From Perna viridis (lineage: Eukaryota), in assembly GCA_037379345.1 (NCBI GenBank), contig CM074511.1:49792862-49856861 (forward strand): DNA of 64,000 nt, read 5' to 3'. This document shows, in pieces, positions 38,301-50,300 of the stretch. Numbering within the stretch: the first letter of the stretch is position 1; each line of letters begins with the position of its first letter. The notes beneath the pieces are model-generated. The model was not told where the DNA came from and did no database searches. It saw nothing but the letters and a program-made list of their open reading frames with translations. The translations under genes and the position numbers were made by a program.

Positions 38301-41300
38301 ACTTTCATTTAGTGACATAATGATTTCTGTCTGTTTATATGTCCACTCATCAATCGACAGTCATTGTGGAGACAACTCTTTGACTGTCAGATGTTTTTGA
38401 AATTTTATAGTGTAGTTTTGATGGGATATATATTTGAACATGCCAAAAAGGGATTTCAAGTTTGAACAGAGATAAGGGACTGGAAATATTTTTAAAATTT
38501 GAATTAAAACAGAGGCCAGCGACATACAGCTATTTTAGCAATATAATGTTAATGTTGAACATTTCAATTTGCTATCTTCAGATCTCAGTTCCCTGCTGGC
38601 CAGAAAAGTTTATTAGATGATGCCATCAGTATTGCCCAGTCAGAAGACCGAATAACTATTGGAACAGTAAATACATTGCAACCTGCTGTCTCACTGTTGA
38701 CTCGATACAAACTTATACAGAAAGAAATCTCTAATTGTACTGATAAGGTAAAATACGAAGCTATCACGTACTATTAGATTGTTAATGGCAAACTTATATT
38801 TACATGTTGAATGCATTAAAATCAAGTTGAGTTGAATAGTACATTAGTCAGTGGTATATAAGGTCTTCTCAAAGTGTGCTGTGAGGTCAGATTGCCTTAT
38901 GGGAAAGAAAGTGAAATGCCTATAAATGTCCAAAATGCGGTTCCTGTTCTGTTCCATATTAATGGCTTAAAGGGGTATATAGCTATTTCTAATTGATCTA
39001 CTTTATAAAGTTACTAAGGATATCCCCTGCTCTTATGGAAGGTTGTTATTACATTATTTACTTGCTACTGCTTGTTATTAAAGTCATTAAAATTAAATGG
39101 TTTTCCTTTAACATTATGTTGTACATTTTAGGCTGAATTGGACAGTATGATCAAAACAAGAGATGAAGCGAGAAATGAATTATATGAGAAATCCCAGGAA
39201 TGTGTTGAACAACTGAGTGCTTTACCTTTAGATCAAAGATACCAGGAAGTGCAGGTATTACTGTTTAAAAGACATGTTTGTTCTAATAGCAACTGTTTAA
39301 TGATGTGTCTACTGAATTAATTTTGGAAATTTTCAACTGATATATATCTCAAGTTTCAGTCCTTTGATTGATTTTTATTATAATTTGTGAACAGACTCAA
39401 TTTAGGAAAGGCATATAAGTAATTCTATTATACTGCATGTTGTCATGGAAACAATGCTCTTCCACTCATTTGAAATTTTTTGTCACTAACTTTCTGTTAT
39501 AAATTTTTTTCTGACTGACTTTGCTTTGTATTTATTCACTGCCACAGATAGTGGAATGGTATTATGCATTTCCCTCTGTTTTGATTGACAGATATATATA
39601 TATCCACCAAAGCATCCTATGGTAGTTTCCAGATAACAACTTGAAATCTAATCAAGTGGTGTTTTTTGTTGTTGTAAAAACTTATCACGATTGTAAAAGT
39701 ATTTAAAAGCAAGATATTCAGCACAATTTTATTTGTTTATTTTAGATACACTGTTTTGAGCATTTGTCTTCCCCTTTTTTCGATGGATGATAACATAAGA
39801 AAAGATTTGAAGGATTTTATTCAAACCTTGCACATACATTTAGTACTTTTCAGTATATATTGTATCCATATTTGCCACTACTAAGAGTTTGACCTGTGCA
39901 GGTGTGAAGCAGGGCCAGGGTTCTCAATAAGTGCTGGTGACCAGCGATTTCGCCGTCTACTTTGACATTGGTGAAAAAAATTGCGTCAGAAACCTTTGAT
40001 TGTGGTGTTTATTGTAATGCAGATTAATTTCTTCGATAACTTCATTTTTTTTTGTCGTGATCGGCAGTACGAATAAACAAACTTTAATCTTGGTTAATTT
40101 GGCGCTTTTGTAATGGACATGATCCGCTTTTTTTTTTCAAATGCAGTACTGATTCCGTATCACGGGATTCGGTATGTTGGAAGTTTTATAATCAATTCAG
40201 CGCTTGGTTCAGGCCTGAGGGCCCTCAATTATGCCACCTACTTTTAATTTTCTTCCACCTACTTTAAAACTTATTGAGAACCCTGCAGGGCCCTGAACAT
40301 TTTTTGAACTTTTGCCATTCCCTCATGGGTTGGGGTGATACTGACTATATGTGCACAGAATATTGCCCTGCAATGAGCCAGGGTATCATTTAATATCCTA
40401 TAAGCCCTATTTTTTCAATTTTAGGATACAGAAAACAAGTTATTGAAGGATTATGCCCCATTTTTTACTTTCAATGTTCACAACAACCTTTCATTAGAAG
40501 AAATGGTACCAGGCTTCAATGACTGGAAGGTATTTATTATCTTATATTTTACCCTGTAATACAGTATACTAGTTAAACCTGTTACAACAGAACCTTTGAT
40601 AAACTGCTAATTTCTATAAAGCTGACATCTTCTGAAGTCCCTCCATATCAATCTGAATACTTATTGAACTTGTGTAAACCTAACACTTGTTTCCCTGTGC
40701 AGGTGCAGGTGTCAACAGAATAGGCCTGCAGCAGCGCTAAGCTTGTCGTAAATGGTGACTAAATAGTGCTCAGAAACCTAGCCGGGGGTTAGGCGCTCTG
40801 CCCACTGAGTAACTGGGATGTGTGCCCCAGGTGGTGGAATGGGGTACCCCTGGTGTGTTACATGCTGGGGTTGTCAGGCTATTATACGGAAAACCTGACC
40901 GCAAACCTTGGTGGTGCACCGTGTTAAGAAAGATGCCATGTTTCTGGCACGTTTAAGAACCCTGCTGTGGTCTTCAATAGTAGTAGGAACCGTTGCGCTC
41001 CGCCACAGGAGGCTCAATTGTCCGACCCTACCCATCTCTCCTTTTTCTAGAGACAAACAAAATTTGTCCCTGTTGTTTTTGTTTCCCATCCCTTGTTTCA
41101 TTTCATCATCATTCATGTTATTTTATCATCCATTTCATGTTTCACGCCTGAATATAGCTGAAATATTGCTGCTCGATTGATAACCCCAACAATCAATCAA
41201 TCAATCTAACACCTGTCTAAAGTGGACAGGTCTCTGCAGTCAAAAGGGATTTTGTTTAGACAAGTTTCATTGTAGTAATGAGAATAAATCAATGTTGTGG

Positions 41301-44300
41301 AAGAGTAGAACAGTAGAAGATTAGATCAGATAGATTCTGTGTAATTGATTTTAACAGATAATATAGCTGGATACTTAAAGCTTGGCAAATTCAAGTCCAG
41401 ACAGTTTACAGTTGTCTACTGTAGACTGTATCTATGTACACAATAGATGGAGACCATAGAAATTTAATACCCTTATTCATAGAGCAAATCTCGAAATTTG
41501 GCCCCCTGTGAAAAATTACCAGCTATATAGTTTTCAAGTTATTTGCAATGTAAATTGAAAATATTTTGTGTTAGTATTTAAAGCTTATTACCTTTTAGAT
41601 TTCAGAATAAGTAACTGCAATAAATTTTGTTAAGTATTTGATCAATACAATTTCAGATGTGATTCGAGCCATTTGATATTTTTTGTAGGCAAAGAAAGAT
41701 GCAGAATTTATACAGATAAGAAAACTGACATCATCTTTTGGAAATATGGTTGAACAAAATATTCATCATGTAGGAAAAGTTAGTCATTTGTTTATTAATA
41801 TATTTGATATTGTTTAAAGATTAGAGAAAGTTGAAGGAATGAACATTAATCTATGTTAAAGGAAAGGTTTATCTGGACAAACAATTTTAAGACAATGATA
41901 TTGTAAATGAAAATGTCAACAAATATATTACATTATGTATGAAACCAAAAAATAACAGCTGCCAATGAACGAAACATTGTACCTGTCAATGTGTGAACAC
42001 TGTGACCTTATAATGCAAACGACAATTGCCATATCTAACTTCGATAAACTTTATTCGCCCTTTCCTTCATTATTGAAAAAAAAAAGAGGAAAGTTTAACT
42101 AGCGTCCATTTCAGCTGACATAGCCAGCATAAAGTGTACTGCAAAATATGGATAAATATGGCAGGTCTTGCGTTGCTGTAATAGATCACAAATATGTAAA
42201 AAGTACCGTTATTGTTCTACAGTGGATTCCGCTTAATTGCATAGCCTATTTGCCAGTAAAAATTATGCAAATAACCGGGCTATTCTTATAACCGAAATTA
42301 CGATTTTACCAGGAGGTGTGAGTTCAGGTAAGACAACGATACTGTGGATCAACCATGGATATCACTGTTCAACATTTCTGATCTGGTATTTAATTGTTAT
42401 AGACCTTTTTATTGTATTGTTCTTTTATCAATAAATAATAATATATATTGTGTTTGTCTTGTTTATTGACCTTCTTTACGTTGTGTGTATTTATAAGTAA
42501 AACCACGTGTTTCTCATCTATAAATAGTCAAGTAATTTCCTTACCTTTCTACGAAAGCAAATCCCATATTTCATATTTCAGCCAGGATTCAGTGTAATAT
42601 TCATCAATGTTTGCAGTTTGTGGGCTTTTGAAATGGTCTGTGTTTTTATTCCTCTGTTCATTGTACACTGATAGTTGTGTATTATACGCGTCATTGACCT
42701 CGATATATTCCTATGAAGTGTGGATAGTATGGGGCACCTTAGGGTAGTTGAATTTCATTAGACATTGTACTGAATGAACGACTTTTAATTTTCGCATAAT
42801 ATTTATGCCTAGTAACCCAAGCTCACTCAAAACTGTTCAGCTCATTAAAGAAAATTAAATTTACATTGATAATCATTTGTAGTCGGAAGAATTTAAATAG
42901 GGACAAAAACTACCCCAAGCCGAACCTCAAGCCGCATCATAAGGTGATGTTCGGCATGTCGTCAGAAGTCATTGTTCACCTAGGTGCTTGTTTATTTTAA
43001 TGTAATTAGAAATCATTTATATTGTCTTTTATGTCCATGATTTTTTTAATCCATTATTAACACCTCCTGATTGATGATAATCTAGTTTTTACAACAATAA
43101 ATATGATTGACATATTTATGACCCGAAGGCTTAAAATAGAATTTGGGACAACCTGTCTTTACCTGGACGACGCAAAATTCTCTATGCAATAAACCGAAAT
43201 GCACCTCCAAGGCCTATGCAAATAAGCGATTTTTTCCCTAATAGAATAATAGGAAATGGTTTTGTGCAGGAGAAAATTATGCTAATAACCGAAATATGCG
43301 ATATGCGATTAAGTGGAGTCGACTGTATTAGAATCGAAATAAATCACAGAAACTCAATTTTATCATTGTTTTACCACAGGTTGACTATTTATGCTGATAT
43401 TTACCCCTTGCTATCGGTTGGGGTAAAATAATGTGGTGTAAATGGTCAGCCTGTGGTGAAACAATGATAAAATTGAGTTTCCATGATTTATTTCTTAATT
43501 AAAAGCTAAATGTATCTTTATTGTTATATCTTTCTAGATGTTAAGGTTAGAATCATCTGATGTTCTCTCTCCTTTACCCATTCCGTGGGATGAAATGTTG
43601 AGTAGGTATGCACAGTTACTTCAGCAAGAAATCCTTTGTACTAATTTGGTAAGTTGATACAATGTATTTTGCCATTCACAGATATCTTGTGTTCATTGCC
43701 TTCCACAACTCTTATTATTTAAGACCAAAATTGTAGTAGTTTTTTTTATGTAGTTCTGCACACTCTGTTCATAATAGATTTTGCTTCAATCCTGTATTTT
43801 AATTGATGGTGATTTAAATAGCTATAATTTAGTCATCTAACTTCCAGGAACAAACTGGAGATGCCTCCTTAATTGCTGCTGTTATAAAAGCAATTATTAA
43901 AGAACTCTCAAATGAAATGAAAAATATCAACCATTTTAAGACATTAATACAAGAATTCTCAGAAATAAAATCAGGAATAGAGCCATGGCTTACTGCTAAA
44001 CCAAACACAGAAGAGCTTACACAGATCAAAAAGACGATAAGAGGGCTAAAATCTAAACTTCGTCATAAAGAGGCAGATAGACAAGACTTAGAGGAGGTAA
44101 GAATGTGAAGGTTAGAAGTTCTATGAAATAAGGTTGGTAGATTTTTGACTTGGAATTTTGAGAATCTGAAGAAACGAGTCAGAAATACATGTAGGTTTAA
44201 AACAGAAAATTTGTAAAATAAATCCTTATGTGCAAGGCGTCAAACTGATTTATGAGCATTAAAGGTGTAGGACCTGGTGCAATTTAAAACCAAAAGGTTC

Positions 44301-47300
44301 AGTGTCAATTGTCCTTTCTAGGATGCCTGTTTAAATGTTGCCATGTCCTTGACCCACATAATACTAAGTTCAAGGATTCTTATTTCAAAAAGATGTGTCC
44401 CAAGTATTGGGTCCTCTTATCTTTACCGTTTGTGGCTGTTTCAATATTGTCCTGTTAATACACATCAAAAGTAAAGTTAATAATTGCTTAATTTTCCGTT
44501 TGGTTGTTATTTGACTAAATACACTTTTATAGCTGAACAATTAACACTTGTATTAATTTTTACATCTTCTGACATTGGGAAATTAACATTTCAGGCTGGT
44601 GAATCGGAAGAAGAGGAACTTACATCAGTAAAATCAGAAATAAAATCCCTTAAAACTGATCTACACAAATCTTTGCTAGAACAGGAGAAGACTCTAGTAA
44701 GTAGTTGATGGAAATAAATCTTATTCACAATTTAATCATGAACTGTCACTTTCTTAGCGGGACACTTTTTATTGAGTATCTAACATCAGTAACATCAGGC
44801 CACCTTTTGACCTAAATACATGTAGAAAGCCTAGAAAAATTCTTTAACATATTAGCTTTACAGATATATTTTAGTATTAAATGTCGAATTTACTATACAA
44901 ATCTATGATCTTTTATCTGTAACTTGTCTAAATCATTAACAAAAACAGGAAATTTGAAATTGTTGTGATCAAATCAAACTAGAAATTGGTAGTGATCAAA
45001 TCAAACTAGAAATTGCATTCTAAGACATATTACAAGCTATTACAGTGTAAGAATTTGTAGTTTATGTGTTAAGGTCAAACTACGATCTCGAATTCCATAT
45101 AAAATGTTACATTTCAATTGAAATCTTTCCTTGTGTAACGAAATCCTTGAAATATTGATAATTTGGCAAACCCATAATAATTGATACCATGAAGAAAAGT
45201 ACTTTCAAAGCATTTTGTTATATGTGTACAATAATGTGTGCTTACAATTGTGTTTTCCAGTTAAGTATAGCCAAAGCCACTACAGAACATTTCCCTGAGT
45301 TGCTATGCCAATTTGAAGATCTTGGTATTAAGTCTCTATTGGTATGTACTAGAGATTTGGGTTATTAACTTTGCTTACTTAGAACTTCATTTTTACCACA
45401 TACATACATTGAAACCTGTCTAAAGCAAACTCAGATAAATTGGAAAACCTGTCTAATCCAAACCTTGAATTATCTGAAAACCTGTCTAACCCAGACACTA
45501 TTTAAAGTCCTTTTGTATCAGTTCAGATATATTTTGAACCTTGGTAAACCAAGCACCTGTCTAAAATGAACTAATTTGGTTTAGAAAGATGTATATATGT
45601 AGAAAATCTTTGGGACCTTCAGTTTACCATGTACTTCAAATTATTTTAATCAGTGTACAGAAACTTGTCCAGTTTAAAGGTAAAAAAATTTTAATTGTAC
45701 TTGAAATTATAGTCTTATATATTATTGGTCTTCTAATAAACTGTCAGGTTTTTGCAAAATAAGCTCATAACTCTTCATCTACCTATTGCATAGCCTTTTC
45801 TGCGCATTATTTGTTGACTTAAAGTTCATATAGTTTTGTCCAAATCGTCTATTTAGGAATGTTTTGATATAGATTAATTTGTGTGGACTTTTTTCACCTT
45901 TCAGGCTTATAATGGGTTAGTTACTGCTGGAAGAGATTTAGATCAGTATACCTTGACAACAGTATCCTGGAGGGAAGGATTGTCATTGACAGAGTTCGCT
46001 GGGGAACCCGTGTATTTACAGGTAAAATACTGTCAGGTAGTTCTATATAATAATATTGTGATAAGCAGAGTAGGAAGGGATCACAAGCCTTGTGGTTATT
46101 TTTGCTTATTTTTTGCAAAGGATTATCAAAAACCCATGTATGATCTTGATTATGTAGGCCTCTGTGTTTGAGATGTCATACATGCTCTTCATGTTTATTT
46201 GTTGTATTTCAGGAATATTTAGTGGGTGACACAGACCATTTAGACAGAGAAATGTTTATAAAGAATGTCAGCCGTTTTAAAGAGGTCACATGTACATGTC
46301 AGCAGCTACCATATATACAGAATGTGTTTTTCCTAAAAGTAAGATATGTCTGGTTTTATACACTCATCTTTGTAAGGGACATACTTTTCTTTTGTACACC
46401 TGATTTAAAGTGACAGAGGGATATGTTATCCATCCATCTGTCAATCATCCCATTTCTCTATAAGGTGTTGTCGATCTATTTTTAAACACTTGTTATTATT
46501 CATTCTTATTTTACCCCCACAAATAATGTTTTAGGGGTATATAAGAATCAACTGTCTATTTCCACATTTCTTGTAAGATTAACTCCTCTATTCTTTACTC
46601 AAGAGATTTTGCTGAAATTTATAGGAAGATTGGGCATCATTTTTGGATGTGCATATAGGAATATAAATAACTGTGAACATCTTAACTTCTTGTTAGCATA
46701 ATTCCTTCTAAATCGTTAAAGGAATTTGATGAAATTTTTTGGGAAGGTTGGGCATACAGAAATATTACTGTTGGAGGACCACAAAGGGAGACCATGGAAC
46801 TTAAATGATTTATATTCAACATAGTACTGCATTTGAAGCAGGTGTATTTTCTTTATTATGTTGTTCACAGTATTCCTAGGTTTCTTAGAATTAATATTTA
46901 TTGTGTAGTATAGATGTACATTCTGTACTGCCATTTTGTTTGTATTCTATTTCTAGAATCATAACTGTAAACCATTTTATAGTATTTATAGGTTTCAATG
47001 GAAATATATCTTGAATTTTGTTATTGTGTCAGAGGCATGAACTTGTTAATTTAGATTTATCATTAAACAATGTTCTAGGATTCTACTTTCCTGTCACCTT
47101 GGGCTAGTGCAATTTTGGTCTGGTAACGTTGATTATTATGCCCCACTTTTCTTTCAGCAAGTAGAAAGCTTCATTTTCTAAAGGATTTATTAAGTTTGGA
47201 AAGCAAACTTAGTTGGCAAGTTAATCTTCCTTTGGAGCTTTCCCACGGAAAGCTAAAACTTTGAAAAATCCTAAGACACTGTTGAAGTACTTGTTTTTCT

Positions 47301-50300
47301 TTTGTGTGTGGCTATAATATTCTTATTTTGGCATGTGGGGTTATTGGTAGTGGACATTGACTCACATTTTTTTTTCTTTAACAGCTATCTGAATCAAAGG
47401 TCCTCAATGAAGTTTATTTCATATTGTTTTCCCCTTTGTTCAGTATTTTGGTAGCTTTCATTTATATAACATGTATTAATTTTCTAACAACTTGTTCTGT
47501 CATTTTTGCAATATTAATCCATAATAAATAAGGGTTAATGCATGAATATTGGTGAACATAAGTAGTGTTAAATATTGCACAAGTTTGCAAGGGATAATAT
47601 CCCCAAATTTCCATGCAATAAACCTTGAAACACTTTTTCATATCCCCTACAATGGAAGTTTGGGGAGGTATATAGGTTATACCTTGTCTGTCTATTCATC
47701 CATCGTCTGTGTGTCAACTATTTTCTAAGCAGTTTGCAGCATTGTTATGAAACTTGGTGTCATGCATTGTACATAACTCCTCAACGACTTGTAGGATATA
47801 GGCTGTTTGATTACCATATTTGGATGTTCATATTGTCAGGAATTTATGTTCAAAGTAAATTTGCAGTTATATTCTGTCTTCAACAAAAATAGAAATAGTA
47901 CTGATTGTGGTTTAGAGTGGGTTGTTTTAAAAATGGCAGCAAAATTGTTTGTCAAAATGCTTAGTTTATCCCCCTTGAGATTTCTGTCTAATATGAATCT
48001 TGTATCCACATTGGTCCTCAAACGTACATGGTTAACGGGCTGCAGGGTACTAGTCCTGTTAGGGACAATGTCTATTTGTTATTGGTAATTTCATGAATTT
48101 AATGCCATATTTTCTTTCTGTCATGATTTTAAAATTAGTTCCTTTGCATTGGAACCATCAGGAAGTTATGAGTGGGATTAATAGCCATTAAAAACCAACA
48201 CTCAACTTGACATGGATGAACTAATGAGAATGTGTGAATAATTGTTATGTTTTAATAATTGCCTGAAACTCTTAACAGGTAATTACATTTTTGATTTTGT
48301 GTTGTAGAATGATAGATTAGGCTATGTACAGATGAAGTTACCTGAAGTTACTCCTTTATTAGAAATTGTTAAATCTCAATTAGATATTCAGGTCAGTACA
48401 TTTTGAATGGTGGGATTTCTGTGAAGTTATGCCATCATTTATAATTGATAACCATAGCCCTAGAAGATGCTTTGAGAACAGGTAAAGAATTTTTTTGTGA
48501 ACTTTATACTATTGCTTAGTACTACTCAATATAGAATTTAGCACATTCCCATTTGTAGCTCTAAAGGTATGCAATCAATGTTTATTTAGAAAAGAATTAC
48601 ATGAGAACTGAGCAAAATATTTTATGCAGATTTTTTTATATTGTTTTAGTAGTATTAAATGACACTTGAAGCTTGATTTTTAGCAATTTTCCAGTTGTGC
48701 TGTGTTTAACTTGTGACTAGACATGTTGTGTGTGTCTGTGTGTCTGTGTCTGTCTGTCTGTCTGTCTGTGCGCGCGCGCGCGCGCAATGAGGCAGGGTAT
48801 CAATTTTTTTTAACTGTGGGTTTTAATTAATTCTTACAATTTCCATCTAAATTTCAATTTGTAGTTACGCCAAAAGATAATAGAGAATATAGCCAAAGCA
48901 GTGCAGTGTTTACATGAAGGTCATATTATCCATGGAGAAATCAGCCCCACTAATATAGGCTATACAACAGATGGTCAGGTTGTTTTGATGTGTCCAGATC
49001 TTTCTAGATCAGTGGTGAGTATGTGGAAGTTACTACCTACAACCTTTTATTGACTAACATATATAACTGAAGCATGAATCCGGAAACAATCAAGAGTGCC
49101 AGTCATTGACCGACAAATTTTGCAAATGACCGACAACCATTTTCCAATATCGGACATAAAAAATTGTCAACTTTTATAAATAACAGTCTGCATGGTTTTA
49201 TTAGCGTATAAACATCTTGCCTACCAGTCTCCTAATTGTTTATTGGAAATTGATTGATGGGTGTGTGTTAATTTTAGCCGATGTGCAGCCACCTGTGACA
49301 GTGATTCACCTGTAACTGATTAGTTGGTTGCATAATTAAATTAACGGTACACGTGCAGCCCCATTGCGTAAACAAATTAACTGAAGTAACTCGGAAATCT
49401 TCATACTTTTATTAGTTAATTAATAAAGAAAAAAGATCAACAAGTCCACCATTTTCCTGCCGATCTTACAGAAGTAACAAAAGCACATGGAACTGAAACT
49501 ACAAATCAGTTGTAGTTTGTAATTATAAATTCATCAATTGAATCGTTTTAACACAGAAGTCAATTAAAAAATACATACAAAATGTGTATTTTTATTCATC
49601 ACTTGAAAGTTTTTGGCTAATTGCCTGTGTGATGAAAAAGTCCGAGAGATACGATGTTTTATTTACATGTTTGAACGTCCACATGTGATCGAAAAACCGA
49701 ACTCGTTCACTCACTCTGATATTTTATAAAGACAGAGTATGTGATGAAATAACACATTTCCAATATTTATCTTAAAATAACTACATGCAAACGTTTTAAG
49801 TTAATTTTCGATCTGAGCATGTAAAAGACTGACAAAACGTCTGCTGAAATTTGATGTAATGTCCGGCATGGGCTGTCAAAATTTCCAGACCCTTGAGCTG
49901 AAGTATAAGCAATAGATGAGGAAACAAATCATTTATACCCCAACTTAGTGGATGGTATGTACTGGTCAGAGAGTAGATTTCGCCATTTTCAAGACAGAAG
50001 CCATTCTTACTCACCAAAATTTTATTCCTGAATGAAAATTGTTGATTGTGATCAACGAATCAGCAATCTGTTAGACATTTTTCCTTAAATTTTGGACATG
50101 AATTTGTTTCACAAGAGAGGATGACAAATCAGTAGGCGAGAATTACTTGCTGGTGAGAACTACTCCTTGACCAGTAATGATGGTAGTGTCTGTTTAACTG
50201 TTTGTCTATCCACATTTCCTTTAGTTTTTTAGTGCATCTTATCACTGCCACTTGATATTTTGATATAACTTTAAATAGGTAGGCCATGTTTGTGAGATTT

